Source of the DNA: an uncultured Desulfobacter sp.
GTDB taxonomy: Bacteria; Desulfobacterota; Desulfobacteria; Desulfobacterales; Desulfobacteraceae
DNA: 64,000 nucleotides
Direction: 5' to 3'
NCBI GenBank assembly: GCA_963665095.1
Contig: OY762069.1
Span: 256,001-320,000, forward strand
The notes beneath the pieces were generated by a model, which did no database searches, was not told the DNA's origin, and saw nothing but the letters and a program-made list of their open reading frames with translations. Position 1 is the first letter of the stretch. Every line of letters starts with the position of its first letter. This document shows, one piece after another, positions 1 to 9,077 of this stretch. The translations under genes and the position numbers were made by a program.

Positions 1-1294
1 CATGCCGCCATCCTTCCACGCCCGTAAAGCGCATCCACCGGGACCAGTCTGCAAAAAGGTCGAGCATTCCCCTGGGTCCCACAGGGGGGTGCAGCGGGAC
101 TTCCTTTACCAGAAGCCCGGGTTGGAGATGGGGAAGCGGAGCCTGGTGGAAAAAGCTCTGCAGATAGAGATCCGCCTTTTTCTCAGAATTCCTGGCCAGC
201 ATCTCTTCAGGCCCCAATCCTTTGTTGACCGGACAGGGAAACGTTCCGGGATCATCCAGGAAATTCGCTTCAAAATATCGGGTATTCAGAAGGTTCACCT
301 CTACAAGATCCGCCTGAACCAGGTCCAGAAACTCCATGAGCCATCCTAAGTGAACCGGTGCTGCATTGACAATGACCCTGAGGCCTTTGAACGGATTTCC
401 CAGGCGCTCGACCTCTTCCACGAAAAAGCGTTTTTCCTCTTCCATGATCCCATCCAGATCCACTTTCATGCCCAGCACTGTTAAAATGGCATCCAGCCAT
501 TCTCGGGTATCTTTGAACCCGGAAGGGAATCCCTGGCTGATATAGGGCATACCGAAACGCTCGTGAAGGTGGCTGCACACGGCCAGAGACTGATTCCTGG
601 CTGCCGGCAGATTCAGGCCGGCCCGGGTGACTTTGGGCAGATCTTCAAAGGGCAGGTCCACGATAAACCGGGTGTTGATCCTGAGACCGATTTTCTGCAG
701 CAGGCGCCGGATCTCCCAGTAATCAAAGTCAGCTATGGGCATGATACCGGGCTCAGCCACCAGGTTCACCAGGCCGGAGTCCACGGCTGATGACGGTGCA
801 AGGAACCGGTCAATGACATCCAGGTAAGCGGTGTTTATACCCTCATAATGATCGCCTTTTAGAAACCCACCCATGTTGAAATAGATCACCTGGCGCCCGG
901 TTTCTTCGGCCATGGCATCGCAGACACCGGACACGTCATCGCCGATCACCTCCACGGTGCAGCTGGGGATCACAAGCAGGGGACGTCCTGGGAACTGCTC
1001 CAGGGTTTCCCTGATTTTCCGGCTCAGTTTTTCCTCTCCGCCAAAGATCAGCTCATTTTCCGTCATGCCGGTGGAGGTAAACCGGATGTTTGGCAGGCCG
1101 AAATCCGGCAACAGCTCTTGTTTTCTCATGAGCATCTGCTGGCAGAATTTCATGCCGTAGTGGGCGCATCCCGGTGTGCCGTGGAGCAGGACAACCGTAT
1201 CACGAAGATTGAGCAGGACGCTTAACGCCCCCACCAGGGTGCAGGAAAGACGGCTTCCCTTGATACATGGGATACAATATTTGGTCTCAGACAT
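1..1294 (-). CDS. Nitrogenase component-1-like oxidoreductase (NifD/NifE/CfbD-like, 'NflD'); 3' end runs off the window
   Basis: Not in the ORF track; I translated it by hand from the ATG at 1294, which overlaps the NifH-like stop. It reads MSETKYCIPCIKGSRLSCTLVGALSVLLNLRDTVVLLHGTPGCAHYG...STGMTENELIFGGEEKL...VIPSCTVEVIGDDV...LHERFGMPY and stays open to position 2 (>430 codons). The three N-terminal cluster Cys motifs of the component-1 fold are present. Confidence 0.9.
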   Translation of the reverse strand, partial: MSETKYCIPCIKGSRLSCTLVGALSVLLNLRDTVVLLHGTPGCAHYGMKFCQQMLMRKQELLPDFGLPNIRFTSTGMTENELIFGGEEKLSRKIRETLEQFPGRPLLVIPSCTVEVIGDDVSGVCDAMAEETGRQVIYFNMGGFLKGDHYEGINTAYLDVIDRFLAPSSAVDSGLVNLVAEPGIMPIADFDYWEIRRLLQKIGLRINTRFIVDLPFEDLPKVTRAGLNLPAARNQSLAVCSHLHERFGMPYISQGFPSGFKDTREWLDAILTVLGMKVDLDGIMEEEKRFFVEEVERLGNPFKGLRVIVNAAPVHLGWLMEFLDLVQADLVEVNLLNTRYFEANFLDDPGTFPCPVNKGLGPEEMLARNSEKKADLYLQSFFHQAPLPHLQPGLLVKEVPLHPPVGPRGMLDLFADWSRWMRFTGVEGWRH

Positions 1295-2102
1295 AACGGT
1301 TCACCAGTGCATCAAGGCCATCCTGTTCAAAGGGAGACGGCGTCACCAGTTCAGGGGCGCTCGCCACTTTACGGGCAAGGTCGGCAAACTGCCCGGCAAT
1401 GTCATGCTCCCCATTGTAGGCCATTACAGTTTTACGGCTGATTTCGGCTTTGTGGAAAATGTCGTCACGGGGGAAAAAGGCCACCATACGTGATCCCACC
1501 TCACGGGCAAAGGCGTCAATCAGCTCCTTTTCCCAGGGTTTGTTGAAGCGGGCGTTTCCGATGATGCCGGCAAGCCGCCCCCTGTCTGCCGAGGAAAACC
1601 GGGCAATGCACTTGCAGATATTGTTGGCCGCATACAGGGACATGAACTCCCCGGAGGTCACGATATAAATCTCCTGAGCATAGTTTTTGCGGATGGGAAC
1701 CGCAAAACCACCGCAGACCACATCCCCAAGGACATCATAAAGAATGATATCAATGTCCGGCGTGATCACGGACAGCTTGTCCAGTACCTCAAACATGGAG
1801 ATGATGCCCCTGCCTGCGCATCCGATACCCGGTTCAGGCCCCCCGGCTTCTATGGTCAGTACCCCGGCGTATCCGGTTTTTAAAATTTCATCCTTTGTGA
1901 CCCCGGCAGGCCCTTTGGCCCTCAGGGTATCCAGGACCGTAGGCTGAAGCTGCCCGTTGTGAAGCATCTGGGTGGAGTCGTGTTTGGGATCACAACCGAT
2001 CTGCAGGATGGTGGACCCGGAATTAGACAGGCAGACCGACAGATTGGTTGTGATGGTTGATTTGCCGATTCCCCCTTTGCCGTATATCGCGATCTGTTTC
2101 AT
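1287..2102 (-). CDS. NifH/CfbC/BchL-family iron protein (nitrogenase-like reductase ATPase)
   Basis: YGKGGIGKST P-loop, GCDPKHDST, EAGGPEPGIGCAGRG and YDVLGDVVCGGF carrying both [4Fe-4S] Cys; AAAGGAG RBS upstream. Confidence 0.95.
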   Translation of the reverse strand: MKQIAIYGKGGIGKSTITTNLSVCLSNSGSTILQIGCDPKHDSTQMLHNGQLQPTVLDTLRAKGPAGVTKDEILKTGYAGVLTIEAGGPEPGIGCAGRGIISMFEVLDKLSVITPDIDIILYDVLGDVVCGGFAVPIRKNYAQEIYIVTSGEFMSLYAANNICKCIARFSSADRGRLAGIIGNARFNKPWEKELIDAFAREVGSRMVAFFPRDDIFHKAEISRKTVMAYNGEHDIAGQFADLARKVASAPELVTPSPFEQDGLDALVNRYV

Positions 2103-2152
2103 GAATACTCCTTTATATTCTCAATTCGATTATCTTGCTGGCCAGTCTGCTC

Positions 2153-4270
2153 TCACAGACGGCAGCGCTCCAATGTCACCATATCGGCATATACGCCCCT
2201 GGCGTCCATCAGGCTGTAATGATCCCCATCCTCAATGACCTGTCCCTCCCTGATAACCAGAATACGATGAGCATAACGGGCCGAGGCCAGGCGGTGGGCC
2301 ACGGTAATACAGGTGCGGCCGGCCATGATCGAGGGCAGCCGGGACTGGATCAGCTGCTCGCTTTCGGGATCAATCTGGCTGAAGGCCTCATCAAGGATCA
2401 GAATACGCGGGTCACCTGCCAGGGCCCGGGCCAGGGCCAGCATCTGGCACTGCCCCTGGCTGAGCTTGCGCCCACCTTCCCCGATACGGGTGTGTATTCC
2501 CTGGGGCAGGGTGTTCACCCAGGTGTCCACCCCGCTGATTTCAATGGCCCGGTCAACCATGTCAGGGGGGATTCCACTGCGGCCAAGGAGGATGTTCTCC
2601 CGGATGTCCGCTGCCAAAAGAATCATCTCCTGGCTGACCAGGGTGATCTGCTTTACCAGGTCTTTGGAAGGAATAGCCGTGAGGGGGGTTCCGCCAAGGC
2701 TGATTTCTCCCTGCATGGGGTCGTACAGGCGCAGCAGCAGGTTAACCAGGGTGCTTTTCCCGCCCCCGCTGGGTCCCACAAGCGTCACGGTCTGTCCCTG
2801 GGGGATGAACAGGTTGAAATTGTCAAGGATCTTTCGGCCCGTATGATACCCAAAGTCAACCGCATGAAATTTGATATCCCCTTTATTTGGTGTCCCTTTA
2901 TTTGGTGCACCGGTGCCGGGTTTGCCTGCTGTTTCAAGGCGCCGGGGATCGTCCAGAAGGATAAAGATACGTTCGGTGCTGGCAACGGCACCCTGCAGTT
3001 GATTATATTTGTCGCTCAATCCGCGGATTGGGACAAGCAGCATCTGGATGTAGGTCAGAAATGCCACAAGGGTCCCAAGACTGAGGCGGTCATGGATGAC
3101 GCTGAAACCGCCGTGCCAGATGATCAGGGCAATGCCCAGGCTGCCCAGAAGTTCCATCAGTGGGGTAAATACGGCAAACATTTTTGTCTGGGCCAGACCG
3201 GCCCTGAAATACCGGTTGTTTGTCCGGATCAGTTTTTCCATGACCATGGATTGTGCACCGAGCAGCCGGATGGTGTCGATTCCGGCGATGCTTTCCTGCA
3301 GTCCGGTATTCACCTGGCCGGTGCAGGCTTTGATCCGGTGAAAAATCTGTTTGGAGACTTTGGCAAAATACCAGGCAAGGAGTGCCATTGGCGGCACAAT
3401 CAGCATGCAGACCATTGCCAGGCGGGCATTGAGCGCAAACATTACCCCGGTGATGCCGATGAACAGGAACAGCTCCTTGAACAGGCCCGTCACCATGTGG
3501 CGGAACAGCTCGGCCATGCTCTGAACATCGTTGTTCATACGGGTAACCAGCCTGCCTGCGGGGTTGTCGCTGAAAAAGGCCTGGGAACGGGTCAGGATAT
3601 GGTGAAACAGGGCTGCCCGGACATCCTTCATCATTAATTGTCCTGCGCGCTCCAGACACACGCTTTGAATGTAGGAGGCGCCCAGCAGGGCGACGGCCAG
3701 GAACGAAAACAGCAGGGCCATGCTGATCAGCCCGCAGGCATCCGCCCGCCGAATCGTCTTCAGGTCCTCTGCCGGGAGCTGCTTTAGATCCTTTTCCGCA
3801 ATGAGGATGTCGGCATCCCGGCGCTGAAACACCCCGGGATGCCGGCTGATCAGTTCGTCATTTTCCGCTGTTGCCGGTGCGACATAGTACCGCAGGGCAG
3901 ACACGCCACCGGCCGCCCGAATCCGGGCGGTAAGAGCCGGATCCAACTTACGCCAGTTCCCTTCCCGTATAAACAGATCTTTTTTTATCTCTTTGGGATT
4001 TAGTCCATGGGGCAGGGCGCCATTCAGGGCTTCCTGCAGGGAGGTATCCAGTTGTTCAGGATGCACATGAACATGATAGGGGACCAGATATCGGTCAATG
4101 GCCGTGCGGGTAATCACCGGCAGGCTCAACTCCAGTCCGATGCACAAAGGGATCAGGATGGAAGCGATGACCACAAGGCGGCGGTGGGGGGCAAGGAAGC
4201 CGGCCATCCGACGTATCATTCCTCGTTTTAAAAATACAGCCGGCCTCAGGACAGCATCGGGTCCGCTCAT
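2153..4270 (-). CDS. ABC transporter fused permease/ATPase (exporter-fold heterodimer subunit 2)
   Basis: TM domain, GPSGGGKST Walker A, LSQGQ signature, ILDEA Walker B, AHRL; start overlaps the upstream ABC gene (ATGA). Confidence 0.93.
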   Translation of the reverse strand: MSGPDAVLRPAVFLKRGMIRRMAGFLAPHRRLVVIASILIPLCIGLELSLPVITRTAIDRYLVPYHVHVHPEQLDTSLQEALNGALPHGLNPKEIKKDLFIREGNWRKLDPALTARIRAAGGVSALRYYVAPATAENDELISRHPGVFQRRDADILIAEKDLKQLPAEDLKTIRRADACGLISMALLFSFLAVALLGASYIQSVCLERAGQLMMKDVRAALFHHILTRSQAFFSDNPAGRLVTRMNNDVQSMAELFRHMVTGLFKELFLFIGITGVMFALNARLAMVCMLIVPPMALLAWYFAKVSKQIFHRIKACTGQVNTGLQESIAGIDTIRLLGAQSMVMEKLIRTNNRYFRAGLAQTKMFAVFTPLMELLGSLGIALIIWHGGFSVIHDRLSLGTLVAFLTYIQMLLVPIRGLSDKYNQLQGAVASTERIFILLDDPRRLETAGKPGTGAPNKGTPNKGDIKFHAVDFGYHTGRKILDNFNLFIPQGQTVTLVGPSGGGKSTLVNLLLRLYDPMQGEISLGGTPLTAIPSKDLVKQITLVSQEMILLAADIRENILLGRSGIPPDMVDRAIEISGVDTWVNTLPQGIHTRIGEGGRKLSQGQCQMLALARALAGDPRILILDEAFSQIDPESEQLIQSRLPSIMAGRTCITVAHRLASARYAHRILVIREGQVIEDGDHYSLMDARGVYADMVTLERCRL

Positions 4271-6054
4271 ATTCCCTCCGAAAGTCTGGACGTCAGCTGC
4301 TGGGTCTGGACCAGGCGCCGGTACAGGCCGCTGTTTTCGATCAGGTCTTCATGACTGCCCTCTGCTTTAATATATCCCTCTTCCAGGACGACAATATGGT
4401 CGCAGAAGGCCAGGGACTGGGGGCGGTGGCTGACAATCAGGCAGCCGGTCCCGGCCCGGGTGCGCGACAGATTTTCAAGTATCCGGGCTTCAATCCTGTT
4501 GTCCATCGCTGACAGGGAATCATCCAGAAGGAGCCAGGGGCAGCCCTGGAGAAGGGTGCGGGCCAGGCATAACCTTGCCTTCTGGCCGCCGCTCAGGGTT
4601 CTTCCCTGCTCCCCAAGGACGCTGTCCAGCTGTTCGGAAAGGTTTTGGATCTCTTGGGAAAGCCCTGCGGTATCAATGATCTCCCACAGTTTCCGGTCTC
4701 CTGCCGACGGGCTGGCCAGACGCAGGTTTTCACGGATGGTATCGGAAAACAGGAACGGTTGTTGAACCGCCATGCCCAGGGTGGATCTCAACTGCCCAAG
4801 GGGCATGTACGTAATGTCAATGTCCCCGAGAAAAATACTGCCCGGCGGCGGTTCGCAAAGACGGGTCAGCAGGTGCAGCAGGGTGGATTTTCCGCTTCCT
4901 ACGGGACCCACAATGGCGGTGGCCGTTCCGAAAGGTATTTGGAGCGTGATGTTTTTTACAGCAGGCCGGTCCTCGCCCGGATAGGTAAAGGACAGGTCCT
5001 TGATCAAAATATCAGGGGGTAAAATTCCAGGGGTGACAGTTTCATCTCCCCTGCCGTGCCGGACAGGGGCTTCCTCCGTTAAGGAGGCCCGTTCCCTGCC
5101 GGGCTGCCGCGCCAGGATTTCATCCACCCGTGCGCAGGAACTTCTGGCCCGCTGGTACAGGTTGATCAGATAGCCGGAATAGACCAGCGGGGTTCTGAGC
5201 ATCACCAGATAGGCGGAAAAGGCCACAATATCCCCGGCGCTCAGCAGCCCGAATACGGCCATGGCCCCACCCAGTCCCCATACCGCGGCCTGGCTGAGAT
5301 GGGTGACCAGGGTCATGACCGGCAGATACAGGGCCGAGACCCGTGCCAGTTCCATATTGTTATCCAGATGACGCCGTGCCAACCGTTCCAGCTGCCGGTC
5401 CTTGACGGAAATCAGATTAAATACTTTGATCAGCCGGATGGCATTGACACTGTCCCTTGACTCTTCGGTCAGGGCGGAAAAGGATTCCTGAATGCACTTG
5501 TGACATTGGTGGTACCGTTTGCTCTGGCGGGTGGTCAGCCAGGGGATGACCACCAGGGGCAAAAAGGCCAGAAGGGTCAAGACGGGGCTCATGCAAATCA
5601 TATAGGCCAGCGCCAGCACCAGCGTCAGAACGGAGTTCACCGCTGCCTGGAAGCCGTAGCCGCAGGCCAGGCGGATATTGTCTATATCATAGGTGGCCCG
5701 GGCCATGACGTCTCCGGCAGGACGCCGGCTGCCGCCGTTGCCGGACCGGCCGATGACACAGGAAAAAAAAAGTTTGCGCAGGTCCCTTTCGATCATATAG
5801 CCAAAGGCCAGCATAAACGGCCGTCCCACTGCCCGCAGGACTGCCACGCCGCAGGCCAGTGCCACAATGCCGCCGCCGATCCGGACAAGATCTCCTGTAT
5901 CGGCCCTGCCGGCAGCCAGCAGGTTAACGGCCTGTTTGATCAGCTGCGGGGAGTACAGGGCCATCAGCTCCAGGCAGAGAATCGCTGTAGCCCCGACTCC
6001 CGGCAGCCACCAATACCTGCGAACATCCTTTTTAATGAGTGCTATTGCCTTCAT
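4267..6054 (-). CDS. ABC transporter fused permease/ATPase (exporter-fold heterodimer subunit 1, degenerate Walker B)
   Basis: TM domain, GPVGSGKST, LSGGQ, LLDDSLSA (Asp in place of the catalytic Glu), SHR. Confidence 0.93.
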   Translation of the reverse strand: MKAIALIKKDVRRYWWLPGVGATAILCLELMALYSPQLIKQAVNLLAAGRADTGDLVRIGGGIVALACGVAVLRAVGRPFMLAFGYMIERDLRKLFFSCVIGRSGNGGSRRPAGDVMARATYDIDNIRLACGYGFQAAVNSVLTLVLALAYMICMSPVLTLLAFLPLVVIPWLTTRQSKRYHQCHKCIQESFSALTEESRDSVNAIRLIKVFNLISVKDRQLERLARRHLDNNMELARVSALYLPVMTLVTHLSQAAVWGLGGAMAVFGLLSAGDIVAFSAYLVMLRTPLVYSGYLINLYQRARSSCARVDEILARQPGRERASLTEEAPVRHGRGDETVTPGILPPDILIKDLSFTYPGEDRPAVKNITLQIPFGTATAIVGPVGSGKSTLLHLLTRLCEPPPGSIFLGDIDITYMPLGQLRSTLGMAVQQPFLFSDTIRENLRLASPSAGDRKLWEIIDTAGLSQEIQNLSEQLDSVLGEQGRTLSGGQKARLCLARTLLQGCPWLLLDDSLSAMDNRIEARILENLSRTRAGTGCLIVSHRPQSLAFCDHIVVLEEGYIKAEGSHEDLIENSGLYRRLVQTQQLTSRLSEGI

Positions 6055-6831
6055 TTATAAGTTCGAATCCAGGGACCGGGCAGCGCCGTAGGCTACGCTG
6101 AACTGGGGATGCGGCAGGACATGGAGATCCCGGCACAACTCATCCTCGATGGCAGCGGCCAGGCCGTGGTTGTTGGCGGAACCACCATCCAGGTAGACGT
6201 CGTCTTCGATGTCCCGTCCACCGGCCAGCCCGGCAATACGGCGGGCCAGGGATTCATGCAGCCCCCGGATGATGGATTGCTTTTCAATGCCCTTGGCCAT
6301 CAGGGAAACGATCTCGCTTTCCGCAAACACCACACAGGTGCTGCTGATATTGACGGTGTCCGATGAGGACATCCCCAGATCGCCGAAGTCATTCACCGGG
6401 GTATCCAGAATCCTTCCCGCCACCTCAAAAAACCTGCCGGTGCCTGCTGCACACTTGTCGTTCATTTTAAAATCGATCAGCCTGCCGGTTTCCGAAAGGC
6501 GGATCACCTTGACGTCCTGGCCACCGATATTGATGATGGTCCGGGCTTTTTCGCCGCTGAGCAGAAATACCCCCAGGGCGTTGGCACTGACCTCATCCAC
6601 CACCTTGCCGGCGTCATTGACCAGGCCTTTGCCATAGCCGGTGGCCACCGGGGCCTCCAGTTGATCCGGCGAATATCCGGTTTCTGCCAGGCCTTGGACA
6701 ATCAGGTCATTTGCGATTTGCGCCTGTCCGGGAATGGTGGGTACGACGCTTTTCCAGACGATCTCCCGGTTTTTCAAAAATACCACTTTGATGGCTGTAC
6801 TTCCCAGATCAATACCTACTTTTACTGTCAT
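6055..6831 (-). CDS. Acyl-CoA dehydratase activase (HgdC/BcrAD ASKHA-fold archerase; DCCP-reductase-like)
   Basis: GIDLGST, ATGYG, IGGQDVK, MNDKCAAGTGRF and ISSTCVVFAESE motifs. Confidence 0.93.
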   Translation of the reverse strand: MTVKVGIDLGSTAIKVVFLKNREIVWKSVVPTIPGQAQIANDLIVQGLAETGYSPDQLEAPVATGYGKGLVNDAGKVVDEVSANALGVFLLSGEKARTIINIGGQDVKVIRLSETGRLIDFKMNDKCAAGTGRFFEVAGRILDTPVNDFGDLGMSSSDTVNISSTCVVFAESEIVSLMAKGIEKQSIIRGLHESLARRIAGLAGGRDIEDDVYLDGGSANNHGLAAAIEDELCRDLHVLPHPQFSVAYGAARSLDSNL

Positions 6832-6883
6832 TATAAATGGTTGCCTCCTTAGGTTAAGGTCAGGATGAATTTGTGCAGGGGAT

Positions 6884-8131
6884 TCAAATTCCGCTGAATG
6901 CCTCCAGACGGGTTAAGATATTGCGGCTGTCCTCTTCCACATAATCTGTTTCGATTCGTAAAAATTTATACCCCTCCTGCTTCAGCTTCTGTTCCAGGCT
7001 CAAACTTTCAATATCAAAGGGATGGCACCCCTTGAGTACATGAAAGACCACCCCCCGGATGCGGTGCTGTTCCAGGGTGTTGAGAATGCTGTTGATCCTT
7101 CGTTCATTGTCCGCAAAGGTAGGGCAGATGCAGGCCCTGTGATACCGCTGGGACAATGCCTTGATCAGCCCGTGAAAAGAGCTGTCGTCATAACAGACGC
7201 CGCCGGGCCAGATCCGTTCGGATGTGCACAGATCATCGGCAAACACATCCATTCCGGCCGATTCGATCAAATCAAGAAGTTTATAGTTGGGGAAAACAAT
7301 GGGGGAACCGGCCAGGAAAAGGCCCTGGGGTAAAGGCTGAAAGGAACTTTCTTCAAGGCCGTCTAACAGTTTTTCAACCTGTTCGGTCCAGATTTCCACC
7401 GGGTCCATCATGAAGCTGTTGATCACCACCATAAACCAGATGCCGGAAAGCAGGCCCCTGCGTCGCAGGTCAATAAGCTTGCCCATAGTCTTCCATGCCT
7501 GCATAAAGGTCTGCACCGATGCCTTCAGGGTTTTACGTTTCAGCTTTCTGCCGGTTTGATTTTCCAGAAAATCCACCAGGCCGTACATCTCTTCCAGCCA
7601 TCGCTGCTGCCCTTTTTCATTTTCACGCAGATGGGGCAGCTCAAGAAAACAGGTTTTTTCAACCGTATCTGCCATCTCCGGAAATTTAACCACCCAGTCA
7701 CAGGTGGTCGGTACCACCTGAGGCAGTGCATCGGTACGGGTGTCATTGTGTAACTCGAGCATTCCCATGGTGGCCTTGAGATAGGGGCACATGAGAACGG
7801 GCAGACGGGAAGAAGATACCCGCACAACATTGAATGATCCGCTGCCCAGCCGGACGGGGTGCACCCCCATGGCATGGAAGAGTTCAAAGGGCGCCTGATT
7901 GCATAAATGCGCCACCACCGGGCGGCCTGTTGCCTCACCTATTGCGTTTGGATAAAGGGCGCGCATGAGCAGATCGAGAAAATAGGTCATCTGGGGACAA
8001 AAGTCCCTGCGCTGCTCCAGCCGGGACCGGGCTCTTTCAAATTCCGCCCGGGTGTCTCTGCTGATTTTTGTCAACTGCCGCTGTCTGCGCTGATTGGATT
8101 TTGGGTCTGCTTTTTTATCTTTATTGTCCAT
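6884..8131 (-). CDS. 2-hydroxyacyl-CoA dehydratase (HgdAB)-family Fe-S protein, candidate double-cubane cluster protein
   Basis: Six Cys motifs (HLCNQAPFEL, LMCPYLK, PTTCDW, DDLCTSER, CICPTF, KGCHPF) and the family C-terminus IETDY...TRLEAF; adjacent to an activase. Confidence 0.88.
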   Translation of the reverse strand: MDNKDKKADPKSNQRRQRQLTKISRDTRAEFERARSRLEQRRDFCPQMTYFLDLLMRALYPNAIGEATGRPVVAHLCNQAPFELFHAMGVHPVRLGSGSFNVVRVSSSRLPVLMCPYLKATMGMLELHNDTRTDALPQVVPTTCDWVVKFPEMADTVEKTCFLELPHLRENEKGQQRWLEEMYGLVDFLENQTGRKLKRKTLKASVQTFMQAWKTMGKLIDLRRRGLLSGIWFMVVINSFMMDPVEIWTEQVEKLLDGLEESSFQPLPQGLFLAGSPIVFPNYKLLDLIESAGMDVFADDLCTSERIWPGGVCYDDSSFHGLIKALSQRYHRACICPTFADNERRINSILNTLEQHRIRGVVFHVLKGCHPFDIESLSLEQKLKQEGYKFLRIETDYVEEDSRNILTRLEAFSGI

Positions 8132-9077
8132 GGGGCACCTTTTTTGGGGTAAACCGGCGGGTCATATAGTTACGGGAAGAGGAAAACAGCCGCCACTTAA
8201 AAAATTTTACCTGCAGCACCTCATCCTCCGGGCAGGCCTCTGTACAGGTCATGCACAACAGGCAATCCTCACTGAGGACATCTTTACCCGTTTTCTGTTC
8301 ATGGACGGTTCGGATATCCATGGGGCACATGCGGTGGCAGTTTCCGCAGCCGGTGCATCCCGACACCTTTTTCTGGAACCGGATCGGACTGAGTTTCCTG
8401 AAAATATGAATAAGGACAAGCAGGGGGCAGAACAGGCAGAAAAACCGTTCCTTAAAGAACATGCCCACCACCATTCCGCCGGCGATGCCCACTGAAAGGA
8501 TGGAAAAGACCAGGGTGACCGTGTTGGTGAAATCCAGTGCCAGATGGTGGGTATGGCCGATAAACAGCGGCATCAGGGGCTTTGCCGGACAGATACTGCG
8601 GCAGAACGGCAGATGAAGATCATTGTGCCAGCCGGCATGGGCGATAAGTAAAGGGATGATCAGGGTGTAAGCCAGCAGAATCCATTTGATGACCATAAGG
8701 CGGTCTTTTGTCAGCCAGGAGAACTGGGCCTCGCGAATTCCCAGCCAGCGACGAAGATAGGTAAACCAGTCCTGCAGGGTACCAAAGGGACAGATCCAGC
8801 CGCACCAGTATTTGTTCAGGAGGATGACCAGCAGGATGAAAACCCCTAAATGGGAGAGCAGCTGCAGCCCCATGACGCTGGTGAGGTTGTCCCAGGACAT
8901 CTGCAGGCCCCACCAATTGCCCTGCAGGGCCATCAGATAACAGCCTCCGCCGCATCCGAATACATAGGGACAGCTGAAACAGGGCAGAGAATTGCCCAGG
9001 CTGACGCCGAAGCGGCCGCCGTAAGTCAGCACGACAAACATGAGATGCTGGGTGATCAGGCGTAGATTGGTAACCAT
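8121..9077 (-). CDS. Membrane-bound 4Fe-4S polyferredoxin (NapH/MauN/FixG-like)
   Basis: TM helices with CxxxCP motifs (CGWICPFG, CRSICP, FCLFCP) and a C-terminal 2x CxxCxxCxxxCP ferredoxin; start moved to the ATG at 9077, which overlaps the upstream stop (TAATG). Confidence 0.9.
   Translation of the reverse strand: MVTNLRLITQHLMFVVLTYGGRFGVSLGNSLPCFSCPYVFGCGGGCYLMALQGNWWGLQMSWDNLTSVMGLQLLSHLGVFILLVILLNKYWCGWICPFGTLQDWFTYLRRWLGIREAQFSWLTKDRLMVIKWILLAYTLIIPLLIAHAGWHNDLHLPFCRSICPAKPLMPLFIGHTHHLALDFTNTVTLVFSILSVGIAGGMVVGMFFKERFFCLFCPLLVLIHIFRKLSPIRFQKKVSGCTGCGNCHRMCPMDIRTVHEQKTGKDVLSEDCLLCMTCTEACPEDEVLQVKFFKWRLFSSSRNYMTRRFTPKKVPHGQ

Noticed and set aside
1287..2102. Calling this nifH and evidence of N2 fixation
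   Set aside because: The partner gene appears to lack the FeMo-co Cys ligand, no nifK/E/N/B is visible in the operon, and control is by a B12 riboswitch.
2878..2908. 15-bp tandem repeat (PNKGT-PNKG) in the ABC gene
   Set aside because: An in-frame slippage duplication in the TMD-NBD linker with no evident significance.
2135..3637. 500-aa plus-strand ORF
   Set aside because: Antisense shadow of the ABC transporter with no motifs; the other long antisense ORFs (e.g. 33942-34853, 53599-54384, 27708-28382) are rejected for the same reason.
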